A DNA stretch of 10,841 nt, taken from assembly GCA_964510585.1 (NCBI GenBank), contig CAZECW010000145.1, forward strand, positions 1 through 10,841. The letters run 5' to 3'. The position numbers and the translations under genes are program-made. The notes beneath the pieces are model-generated. The model did no database searches and was not told the origin of the DNA. It saw nothing but the letters and a program-made list of their open reading frames with translations. Positions 1-8,460 of this stretch are shown piece by piece; the first letter of the stretch is position 1; every line of letters begins with the position of its first letter. Origin of the DNA: an uncultured archaeon. Lineage in GTDB: Archaea; Asgardarchaeota; Jordiarchaeia; Jordiarchaeales; Jordiarchaeaceae.

Positions 1-68
1 TTTTTCTCCTTTTTGAGGAGGTCTACGTCTTCCCGGTTGAAGTAGAGTTTTCCCTTCCATACTATCAA
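1..68 (-). CDS. 5' end of a hypothetical protein running off the left edge (MIVWKGKLYFNREDVDLLKKEK...)
   Basis: TTG at 68-66 is preceded by GGTGA (79-75), with TTTAAA at 109-104 at a plausible TATA distance. The frame is open to the window edge and protein-like. Only 22 codons are visible. Confidence 0.5.
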   Translation of the reverse strand, partial: MIVWKGKLYFNREDVDLLKKEK

Positions 69-72
69 GAAT

Positions 73-122
73 TGTCACCTTCCCTCTAAACTCAGAAAAG
101 AAATTTAAAGAGGGGGGTGACA
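73..122. promoter_or_regulatory. Symmetric divergent RBS/promoter block forming an imperfect inverted repeat
   Basis: TGTCACCTTCCCTCT (73-87) and AGAGGGGGGTGACA (109-122) are near reverse complements. Each arm carries a GGTGA RBS pointing outward (TTG 68 on -, ATG 124 on +). TTTAAA lies at 104-109. Confidence 0.4.
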
Positions 123-999
123 GATGTCTATGATTTCTACAAATTCTAAAACAGGCCACTAATAATTATTCAAAGACTACATTATTAATTGTTCTATAAA
201 TGTCTTCTCAACCATATCAACAACAGAACTATTATTCTGTAGATTAATAAGTCGGAAAATGCTTCATAAGAAGTTTTATATTAGTTTTCTCTCCCTAGAT
301 ATTATTCAAAGATATTATCTTCGCAATTCGGGCTGGCGTAGAATGGCCCCAACTGTTCAAAAGATTGAGTTGATTAAACTGAGTGGTTTGTCTGGAAGCC
401 TCTTTCAGTTTTCTCATCAAAAAAGTTGCAAATCAAATACCTTTCCCTCACTAAGAACATTTTTCGAACAGCACTGTCTTGGAAGTCTGCTTCTCGAAGG
501 TATGCAAAAGGGTTGTTGCAGGATTCGTACTGGGAAACTCGAAAAAATACGCCCAAAAGGGTTATTTATAATTTATGGGGGCGGGTTACTGCTCCTAGCC
601 ACTTGGAGTATAGGAGCTTGGTGGTTGGGATTAAAAGGGGAGTACGATTTGCGCGGTGCGTTCTTTACATATCATAATACTATGCGGGTGTTCGACTGTG
701 TATTTCCCAGAGACAGCGGATTAACGGTGAACGCTTGTGTCTTCCTGTGATTCTGTACTTGCTAATGTAGCCCCGTTTATCGTTGCTAATCGCTGAAATA
801 AAACACTCCCATACTTTTCACTCAAAAGCACGTTCCAAAAACTACAAAAGGCGCTCGATATGACAAAAAAGTTGAAAATACCGAATTGAGAGTTAATATT
901 TATTTAGTTCTTAACTTCTATTTTGTTTTGTACATATTTTTTAGAGGGTGGATAAATTGCCAGAAACTCTTAGAATTGAAACTTACTGAAAAAGGTGTA

Positions 1000-1603
1000 A
1001 TGATACTTCTTATGGATTTTTCCCCCTTTTTGAGGTCTTATAAGCAAATAAATATACCTTTTAGTGTTTATGATGTTGAGCTGTATGGTTCTATTTACAC
1101 GGAGAAGTGGATTCTCATACCCGGGCGTCATTATCTAGGGTATTTATATTCTTTACAACCGCCTACCCTTCCTCAATCAGGGGCAAGTGTACCGGGTCTA
1201 TATGCAGAGAGAGCAATTAAATCTTACTCTGGTGATGTTACAGGAATTTTTGGGTGAGGGATTGGCCGTTATGGCTTTAACGAGAGCATTTTCGGTGGAC
1301 ATTAAAAATCTTCCTCCTCAGACCCATAAAGAGTTACATAAAATGCCCCGATTTTACTATTCGTAATGTAAATCAGAATCTACGCGAATTTTTCATATCT
1401 GCAGTTAACGAGAATGCTGGTCGTCTAAGATATACAGGAAGTAGTTCCAGTCTAATTATTCCTAATGAATTGCCCATGGAGTGTATATCCCCTATTAAAT
1501 TTGATCTGAATACACAGTCGGAGAAGTAAAGAATTAAAAATGCTATGGAGCAACTTAATACCTTTTGGGAAAATGATTATCGTCGTGAGCCCTAAGAAGA
1601 TCG
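1000..1603 (+). pseudogene. Degraded coding sequence, probably the disrupted 5' part of the 1604-2386 gene
   Basis: AGGTGTA-ATG at 1000 opens 85 codons to TGA 1257. A second frame is open from about 1284 to 1526 without a start (...CPDFTIRNVNQNLREFFISAVNENAGRLRY...). It continues in the same frame across TAA 1527 (RIKNAMEQLNTFWENDYRREP) and a second TAA (EDRWG), then meets the 1604 frame at a G-run (cgttggggttt). Confidence 0.35.
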
Positions 1604-2386
1604 TTGGGGTTTAATATCTCTTGTTTCTTTAAGTTCCACACCGCCAGTTTTATCTTTAATATTTGTGATTCCGCCGTAGGCGAAAGTGATGGAAAAAAAG
1701 AAGTTAATATTGGAAAATTTGTTCATGGAACTATAGCTCTTTGGGTAGGTGACCTCAAAAGAGCTAGAGAATTAATTGAAGATTTTCTAAATGATGTAAC
1801 AAAAATTTCTTACCTATTCAACAAAAATTATAAGGAAAAACATAGAGACAAACTAATGGAAATTTTAAGAAGACCCAAAAAGGTCGAAAGAAGAGAATCC
1901 AATCGTCAATTTTACAATGATGATATTTTTATTTATGGCCCGTTATTTATCCGAGCCCTTAATGTTTATGAAAAAGTTTCGTATTTACTACTAGAAAGAG
2001 ATAAGATTGGGGAAAAAGAGCAGGTTGAAATTAGTGAAAGGAAGAAATTCGGCTTCCTCATAACTGAAATTGGAATCAATAATTTTGAGCTTAGGGGTTA
2101 CAGTTTATATCCTCCGGTTCAAATCAATTTGAATAAATTCAAAGAAATTAAAGACGAAATACGCTATAGCGAGAAGGATCATATCAAAATAATTGATTCT
2201 GCTAGTGACGATACTATCCATTCTCTAACACTAGAAATACTAAAATATGAACCCTTTACCTTTATGCAAACGCATATAACAAAGGAGGGTATTATTTATG
2301 GAAAAGCCAATAGTTTTAACAAAGAACAGGTACATAAGATTACAAGAAGAATTTTTGAAATTCTTGATAGAATTACTTCCCATTAA
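1604..2386 (+). CDS. Hypothetical protein (260-aa ORF, likely the C-terminal portion of a longer disrupted gene)
   Basis: Long ORF with globular-protein-like composition. There is no RBS before the TTG start and no family motif was recognised. Confidence 0.7.
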   Translation: MGFNISCFFKFHTASFIFNICDSAVGESDGKKEVNIGKFVHGTIALWVGDLKRARELIEDFLNDVTKISYLFNKNYKEKHRDKLMEILRRPKKVERRESNRQFYNDDIFIYGPLFIRALNVYEKVSYLLLERDKIGEKEQVEISERKKFGFLITEIGINNFELRGYSLYPPVQINLNKFKEIKDEIRYSEKDHIKIIDSASDDTIHSLTLEILKYEPFTFMQTHITKEGIIYGKANSFNKEQVHKITRRIFEILDRITSH

Positions 2387-2616
2387 TACGGATGATTTAA
2401 ATTGCTAAACCGCTTGATGGCTAAACTAAACAATCTATGATGTACTACACATATGCAAGTAGTGAGCACTTTGGACTCCTCGTCCAACTCTTTTTTCACC
2501 CTTTTTGGGATTCCTTCCTGTTAGGCTAGGGTTTGGTGACTAGGATAAAGACAGAGTTATAAGAAAAAGGTACATCCCTATAAATTCCAAGGTTGATTTG
2601 GACTTCCCATTTTTAT

Positions 2617-3267
2617 TCAACTCTTTAATCGACATATATCTATTAATAGTCTAACTTGTGTTAGTATGTTCTTATCGTTTTTATTGTTCCACTTGCGATT
2701 TAATCCAGATGGATGTGGTAGCTTAATGACTTTTACCTTTTCACTCTCTTTGGCTTCTTTTTGCCATTTTTCGATCCAGTTTTGGGCTTCGCGTCCAAGC
2801 GTGAGTATGAATTGTGCTCCCTCAGTTATAACGAGGAGAAGTTCTTCCTTTAACCACTGGTTAGCACATATTGTAGCATCTCTCGGTTTAAACACGGTCT
2901 TTTCCTGAGATTTGTCTGTGAAGCACTTATGGAGGTGCGTCCAATACACTTTTTTAAATACAATATTGTAAAGACTTTCTAAATCACTCCAATTAATCCG
3001 TTCTCCCATAAACGCCCATATTCTATCCATCAATAAACCGGGAATCGCACTGGCATAAAGCATTTTGCGGGCGGTGTCTTCCTGATTCTCAGCCATTGCA
3101 AACCTATAAAAATGCCACCAACTAATTGGTGGATCCCTGGAGATAATAATTCCCAAAATTTCATTGGGAGGCGGAACCCGAGCAATTTCCACTCCTTCCC
3201 TAGATAACCTACAATTGGGTGGACAATTGTCCTTTACCATACTCTTCAGATACTCTTGCAGATTCAT
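2617..3267 (-). CDS. Uracil-DNA glycosylase superfamily protein (family 4/5-like, possible Fe-S cluster)
   Basis: Motif-A-position IIISRDPP, VYWTHLHKC, ICANQWLKEEL, ILTLGREA and motif B KLPHPSGLNRKW. Four Cys are arranged C-x3-C ... C-x18-C. The start was moved to ATG 3267 because GGTGGTGA lies directly upstream. Confidence 0.85.
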   Translation of the reverse strand: MNLQEYLKSMVKDNCPPNCRLSREGVEIARVPPPNEILGIIISRDPPISWWHFYRFAMAENQEDTARKMLYASAIPGLLMDRIWAFMGERINWSDLESLYNIVFKKVYWTHLHKCFTDKSQEKTVFKPRDATICANQWLKEELLLVITEGAQFILTLGREAQNWIEKWQKEAKESEKVKVIKLPHPSGLNRKWNNKNDKNILTQVRLLIDICRLKS

Positions 3268-3855
3268 TATCACCACCATTAAAAATGCCGTCCATATTCT
3301 CAGTCTTCGTTATGTTACAATAAAAATGTTTTTTGCCCTCTTTTTCTGAAAAACGCGAGTGCATAAAGGGTTTGCTGTTAAAAAGCTTCCAAAGGTGTGG
3401 ACCCATAAGGTGGAGTTTTACGGACAGCTATTCCCAGACAATTTTAAGTGATTAAATGCGAAGACCAATAAGCAGGAGATCATGATAAAAAATCTGAGGG
3501 AACTCCGCAAACCTGCAGACACCACCAGCCAAAACCATAGGAAAAGAAAAATATCCTTAAACACCGTACTAAGAGAAAGATTATGTCTTTGAGTGGATTT
3601 TTATCATACTTTTCACAAAGGGGTAAGGATGCCCTTTACTCCACCATTAAGGGTATTCTTTAGGCCCAAAAACTCCTTCAAATATTGGAGATAATATTTT
3701 TTATCTATGTTTGATTAATTATTAATTAGACTAAAATAAAGTGAAAGGGGGTCAGATTATGTTTTTTGTGGTAAAAAGTTTTGTTTTTTGGTTATTGAGT
3801 TGTGAGTATGGCTATAGTCTATGTTTCTTTTTAATAACTCGTGATGGTGTTTCAA

Positions 3856-5859
3856 ATGTATATTGTTTGTGATAGGTGCGGTTCAAAGGCGTGGAAAAAT
3901 TGTCGCGATTATGGCACTTTTGTGCACTGTTCAAAATGTGGTATAAGGAAGATTGATGAAGATAAGAGGAATCTAATACCTCTAAATGTTGAACCATTTA
4001 TGAGCTATTTAGAGAATGAGGAAAAGAAAATTGAGAAACGGATGAAGGAACGCACAAGTCATGTAGCGGTCGTCACGAATATTGTTGAAAAGGATGGATT
4101 GTTTTTTGTTTTGCTGCGTCTTGAAGACTATCCCTCTAGATTTGATCTTAATCCGGGAGATGCAATAAGGCTGGGCCGGTTTAATTATTTGGGTATTATC
4201 TATTGGTTTGTTGATAGCTTTACGTTTTATGCTATTTTTGAGAGCATTAAGGGTTTGCATAATAATTTGCTTGTTGAGATTCAGAAGGCTGACACATTGA
4301 TTCTTGTGAGGACTCAGAAGGGGGCGCTGGCGACTTTTTTAGGGATCGAGAAAGATTACAGTATTTTGAAAGACATTATATTGAGGGGGGTTGAACCCCC
4401 TCCCTTGAGACCTGTTCAAATTGATTTTGAGGACGTAAATCTTAATGATTCGCAGAAAAAGGCTGTGGCTTACTCTCTGTCGCTTACTCCTGAGAATCCA
4501 TTCTTTCTCATTCACGGACCACCCGGTACTGGTAAGACTAGAACCATTGCAGAGATTACGTTTCAGGCGCACAAGAAGGGATATAGGACGTTGATTACTT
4601 CTCATACAAACATTGCGGTGGATAATGCGTTAGAAGTGGTTAGGGAGAGGCATCCCCATCTCGTGAAGGATATGATTCGTTTTGGGCACCCAGGAAAAGT
4701 TATACCTGGTATCAGAGACCTTTTGCCTCAATTCAAAGGAATTAAGGGTGAACTTAGTGGGGCTGTCGTGAATATTGATAGTTTCAGTATAGTGGGTATG
4801 ACTTTGTCGAAACTTGCCGTTTTTGCTTTTCTGCGTAAATTAGACTGGTCCAAAACTTTTGATTTAGTTGTAGTTGATGAGAGTTCTATGGCTACTTTTC
4901 CGCAAGTATTGTTGGGCCTGATGATGGGGAAAAGATTCGTTTTGGTTGGAGACCATGAACAGTTGCCGCCAGTGGTTCAAAACGCTTCGGATGATGTTAG
5001 GATATCTCTTTTTGAACGTTTGATAAAGACGTATAATGATAGGAGTATACTTCTTGATGTCCAGTATAGGAGTAATGAGAAAATAGCAAAATGGCCTAGT
5101 GAGTTTATTTATGGTGGTAAAGTCAAAACAGCACCCCTTGAAAAAGGTATAGTACTAAATTTGGATGAATCCAAAGACTGCGACTTTCTTGAAATTCTAA
5201 GCGGTGAGTACCCTGTTGTTTGGGTGAAGACTAGTGGATTGGCAGATTGGCATAAATTTAAAGAGGGTAAGATTAGTGCTGTGAATAAATTTGACGCGGC
5301 TCTTGTTTTGAAGCTTGTTTCCGACGTCAAAAAACTGATGGGAGACAAGGAAATAGAAAAAGAGTTGGCTGTGATAACTCCGTACCGGCTTCAATCAGAG
5401 CTCATTCAAAGCTGTTTACGGAGAATCAATAGACCTAACATTGATGTCGTGGAATTTGAGGAAATAAGTTCTAAAACAGTAGACTCCTTCCAAGGCAGAG
5501 AAAGAGATATAATAATATTTGACGCTGTTCATTCTAAAGGCCACAAAGCGCTAGAGGATACTAGACGAATAAATGTAGCCATTACCAGAGCTAGAAAAAA
5601 GTTAATTTTTATAGCTCCGAAAAGGCTGAGCCAAAAAGAAATAGAAATGTCACTACCGCATCTGTTCAGCTTTTATAAATATGTTGAAAATGAGAATAAA
5701 GTAGTAGAAGTGCCTTCAACTGAAAAATTCACAAAAGAATATGGTATAGTGCTTGAGGAGATTGAAAAGTTAGTTGGTAAACATAAAAAAGTGATACAAG
5801 GAATAACAATAGAAGAGATGAAACTTTTAAGACAAATAAGAAAGAAAAGATTCAGATAA
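3856..5859 (+). CDS. Superfamily 1 helicase, UPF1/DNA2/IGHMBP2-like (AAA_11/AAA_12 type), with N-terminal Zn ribbon
   Basis: Motif I HGPPGTGKT, Ia LITSHTNIAVDNALE, II VVVDESSM, III LVGDHEQLPPVV, IV QYRSNEKI, V VDSFQGRERDIII, VI RRINVAITRARKKL. The N-terminus is CDRC-x16-CSKC. ATG 3856 follows GGTG; alternative starts are 3841 and 3844. Confidence 0.95.
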   Translation: MYIVCDRCGSKAWKNCRDYGTFVHCSKCGIRKIDEDKRNLIPLNVEPFMSYLENEEKKIEKRMKERTSHVAVVTNIVEKDGLFFVLLRLEDYPSRFDLNPGDAIRLGRFNYLGIIYWFVDSFTFYAIFESIKGLHNNLLVEIQKADTLILVRTQKGALATFLGIEKDYSILKDIILRGVEPPPLRPVQIDFEDVNLNDSQKKAVAYSLSLTPENPFFLIHGPPGTGKTRTIAEITFQAHKKGYRTLITSHTNIAVDNALEVVRERHPHLVKDMIRFGHPGKVIPGIRDLLPQFKGIKGELSGAVVNIDSFSIVGMTLSKLAVFAFLRKLDWSKTFDLVVVDESSMATFPQVLLGLMMGKRFVLVGDHEQLPPVVQNASDDVRISLFERLIKTYNDRSILLDVQYRSNEKIAKWPSEFIYGGKVKTAPLEKGIVLNLDESKDCDFLEILSGEYPVVWVKTSGLADWHKFKEGKISAVNKFDAALVLKLVSDVKKLMGDKEIEKELAVITPYRLQSELIQSCLRRINRPNIDVVEFEEISSKTVDSFQGRERDIIIFDAVHSKGHKALEDTRRINVAITRARKKLIFIAPKRLSQKEIEMSLPHLFSFYKYVENENKVVEVPSTEKFTKEYGIVLEEIEKLVGKHKKVIQGITIEEMKLLRQIRKKRFR

Positions 5860-6184
5860 GAAAAAAGTAAATCGTTTAATTGTACATAATTAATGATTAA
5901 CAAACACAGCCTTATTTCCTATGAAAAATTTGATTTTCGTCCCTTGTCTAAAACGCTTTAAGCGTATGGTGGTTTCCCACTTGGGTTTTGTTCACAATAC
6001 TCCAGTTCTGGGCCATTCGATACTATGCTCAAGATCTTATATGAGAGTGCGGTACTAAGCCGAATTCTTCACTCCTAACCTAAAAGCAACAAGAAGCTAG
6101 TTTTACGATTTCTAACCCTTATTGATCAATTTGGAGAATCTTTTAATAGGGGCAAGAGATAAATTTTAGCCAGGGAGGGATAAA

Positions 6185-6877
6185 ATGAAAAGGAGCATTA
6201 AGAAGGATCAGCAAAAACCTAGGCACATTTTTGTAGACGAAATTAGCAAGATGATGCATGAAAATGCAGACTTCTTCGAAAGTAAGGCTGGAGAAACTTT
6301 TGCAGAGGTTGTCGGGCTTATAAACGATGCCATAGACCTCATGGGCTTCTTTGTTGAGAGTAAGGAGATGAAAGAGTGCTACGTTAAATTTGCTGTTGCT
6401 CACTATGTTCATCATGTACTGTGCCCGCTCAGCTACGCTATGGTTATTGATTTGTTAACAACTAACTTGGTTGCATGTTTTATGGAGCTTCGCTTGATAG
6501 TTGAGTCCCTGGTTAAATGTTACTGTGCGGATCTGAAATACCCGAACCAAACTTTCTTTCAGGAAAAGATTAGATTGCTCAACGAAGAGATGAGAGAACA
6601 GAGAATAAGCACATCTAAGCTGATTAAAAAATGTAGGAAGGATGCCATAGGTCTCTGGGGCCGACTATCTGAGGGGTGGCTTCACACAAAGGGAATCGTT
6701 GACCGAATCGTTAAGGAGATATCACACAAATCGGAGCTACCCGCTTGGCCACTTGTTATGCCTATAACTTATACTGATACTGAGTTAGATGTCCTTGAGG
6801 AACTTCGTAGGAATGTTTTGGAGTTTAGAAGATTGCTGAAGGCTGTTATGGAGGATTGGAAGAAACGATTTTATTAG
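6185..6877 (+). CDS. Hypothetical helical protein, HEPN-like/DUF5677-like
   Basis: 230-aa ORF with a GGAGG RBS. It contains ELRLIVESLVKCY (R-x3-E) and LWGRLSEGWLH (LS-x4-H), the pattern I associate with DUF5677/HEPN-like proteins. Confidence 0.75.
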   Translation: MKRSIKKDQQKPRHIFVDEISKMMHENADFFESKAGETFAEVVGLINDAIDLMGFFVESKEMKECYVKFAVAHYVHHVLCPLSYAMVIDLLTTNLVACFMELRLIVESLVKCYCADLKYPNQTFFQEKIRLLNEEMREQRISTSKLIKKCRKDAIGLWGRLSEGWLHTKGIVDRIVKEISHKSELPAWPLVMPITYTDTELDVLEELRRNVLEFRRLLKAVMEDWKKRFY

Positions 6878-7112
6878 GTTGTCGATTTCTTCTCTTTTGG
6901 GGGACTCTGTGAAGAATGTAGCATTCATGTGGTTCTATTTGACGTTGTCGCGTGCGTCTCGGCATATGTATCCTTCGTTGAGTAGTGAGTTTATTATTTT
7001 TTGGTTTCGTTTATTGGTTGCTCTAGTTTTTCTGCGATTTAAGCTTATTCTGTGTGAGCTTTCTCTGATTGTTTTAAGTGCTTGTTTTTCCATTTCTGTT
7101 AGGGATGATTTA
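6869..7112 (-). pseudogene. Disrupted C-terminal winged-helix (wHTH)-like domain of the amidotransferase
   Basis: Frames downstream of the GATase stop give LKSSLTEMEKQALKTIRESSHRISL, then (shift near 7038) IAEKLEQPINETKK, then (shift near 6996) IINSLLNEGYICRDARDNVK*(TAG 6937-6935)NHMNATFFTESPKREEIDNLIK. This is a helix-helix-turn-helix-strand pattern typical of wHTH. Confidence 0.65.
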
Positions 7113-7901
7113 AGTTTCTGGGGTGTTGCGTTGATTGGAGTAAATCATTTTTCCGTTTTTGAATATGATGAGTTCGCCGGGTTTGAAGTTTTTCCATTGT
7201 TCGTTTGTTAGTTTTCTGGTTGCTATAATGTAGCCTGTTTGTTCTGGGTCTTTCTCTTCGGCGAGGTTTATTTTCCAGTCTTCGTCTAGTAGTTGGATTT
7301 GGCCATAGGGTGGTTTCCTTTGGACGAAGCAGAGTCCGTTGTAGCCGTTTTTGTCATGATAGCAGAATAGGAATTTGCCATCGGAAAATATGCAATTGAA
7401 GTTTCCATATTGGTTGATTCGTTCAAGTTTTTCTGCGAGCCAATCGAAGCATATATTGTTCCATTCCTTTATGCCCCGTGTCTCGATAAGGTTTAGGAGG
7501 TGGCAGAAGGCGTGTTCCGAGTCTGTTTCGCCGATGGGGTTGAATCTTCCGAGTTCTAAATTTCTATAATTTGAGAGTGTTCCGTTGTGTGCGAAGACGT
7601 AGTCTTTTCCGCCCAGTTCTCTTTGGAAGGGGTGGGTGTTTTTGTGGCTTTTTATTCCAACGCTTGTGAGTCTTACGTGGCCGATGAAGATTTTGGATTT
7701 TATCTCTTGGTAGTCTTGCAGGAATTTTGAGAGGAGACTTTGCTTGGCTTTTATTGGTTCTTTTATGATTTGGGCGGATTCGTCTGGGTAAAAGGCTATT
7801 CCCCACCCGTGTGGATTTGTTTCACCTCTTTGGCGGAATCCCCTGAATGAAATGTTCGGCCTCACGGGCAAATTGAAGACCATTCCCAACAATTCGCACA
7901 T
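7110..7901 (-). CDS. Class II glutamine amidotransferase, YafJ/EgtC/Dug3-like (GATase_4 type)
   Basis: N-terminal MCELLG (Cys nucleophile at position 2), NPHGWG, IGHVR, NTHPF, FAHNGT, IGETDSEHAF, FNCIFSDG. GGAGG RBS at 7916-7912. Confidence 0.95.
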   Translation of the reverse strand: MCELLGMVFNLPVRPNISFRGFRQRGETNPHGWGIAFYPDESAQIIKEPIKAKQSLLSKFLQDYQEIKSKIFIGHVRLTSVGIKSHKNTHPFQRELGGKDYVFAHNGTLSNYRNLELGRFNPIGETDSEHAFCHLLNLIETRGIKEWNNICFDWLAEKLERINQYGNFNCIFSDGKFLFCYHDKNGYNGLCFVQRKPPYGQIQLLDEDWKINLAEEKDPEQTGYIIATRKLTNEQWKNFKPGELIIFKNGKMIYSNQRNTPET

Positions 7902-8173
7902 ATTGTTTTCGCCTCCCTAAAATTTCGGAGCATATTACTTGTTTCAGAAGGCAAATTGGGCAAAGAACCCCCCACTGCCTTCACAGGTTTTACCTGTTTC
8001 AATTACATTACTTTGACAATGTTAAATTTATCCTATTTGCGGTTATTTCTTCTCGATTTTTCTTTGAAGGAACTGGGCGTTAAAAGTTTCTTTTGCAATC
8101 AAGCGTTGTGGAAGGGTGCTTGGGCTGTTGGCACATGGTTTCCCATATTTTTAAGATGCACCCCTGTTTGTGG

Positions 8174-8274
8174 GAGCCTGCTTTTGTGGCTGCTTTTAGA
8201 GAAACAGTTTTCCACATTTTTAACATATTTGTGCAAAAGTGTGGTTCTGAAAAAGAAGTGTTGGGGGCAGGCTC
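8174..8274 (+). repeat. Nested imperfect hairpin (three helices)
   Basis: 8174-8185 pairs with 8263-8274 (12 bp, 4 G:U), 8194-8201 with 8245-8252 (8 bp, 2 G:U) and 8212-8221 with 8235-8244 (10 bp, 1 G:U). Confidence 0.35.
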
Positions 8275-8427
8275 GTGAAAGTCACTCTAAAACAAACCAG
8301 CAGGCAGTGTGTTTTTTAAACATATGAGCATCGCCACAAATTTTTCGCCCATAACTCTATATAAACATAAAACATATTCTCAGCGAAAAAAATTCAAACC
8401 ACTGTAAGGAACCGCGGGCGTAGGTAA

Positions 8428-8460
8428 AGCTCAAAATATTAGGGGAACCTAGCTCAAAAT
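8428..8460. repeat. 10-bp direct repeat AGCTCAAAAT x2, 23-nt period
   Basis: Exact copies at 8428-8437 and 8451-8460, abutting the long palindrome. Confidence 0.5.

Noticed and set aside
165-312. 12-bp direct repeat ATTATTCAAAGA (165-176 and 301-312)
   Set aside because: Only two AT-rich copies with no associated structure, which is compatible with chance.
259-750. 163-aa ORF (+) and the overlapping ORFs 426-677 (+) and 374-556 (-)
   Set aside because: No RBS or recognisable motif, and the frames are mutually overlapping. I cannot tell which, if any, is real, so the region is treated as degraded.
886-999. N-terminal extension of the 886-1257 ORF
   Set aside because: It translates an AT-rich, promoter-like tract. 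The RBS-like AGGTG points to ATG 1000 instead.
5953-5980. Two tiny hairpins (ACGCT-TTA-AGCGT and GTGG-TTTC-CCAC) downstream of the helicase
   Set aside because: Stems of 4-5 bp are expected by chance.
6879-7211. 110-aa hydrophobic ORF (+)
   Set aside because: It is the antisense shadow of the A/C-rich GATase tail and wHTH frame.
2666-7806. Short ORFs overlapping real genes (2666-2908, 3164-3349, 3209-3406, 3812-3997, 4009-4260, 4339-4605, 5109-5348, 5197-5394, 5673-5903, 6143-6415, 7375-7569, 7564-7806)
   Set aside because: These are antisense or alternate-frame shadows of well-supported genes, with no motifs.
7941-8020. GTTTCAG/GTTTCAAT starts resembling archaeal CRISPR repeats
   Set aside because: Similarity is limited to 6 nt. 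There is no third copy, no conserved repeat body and no cas genes.
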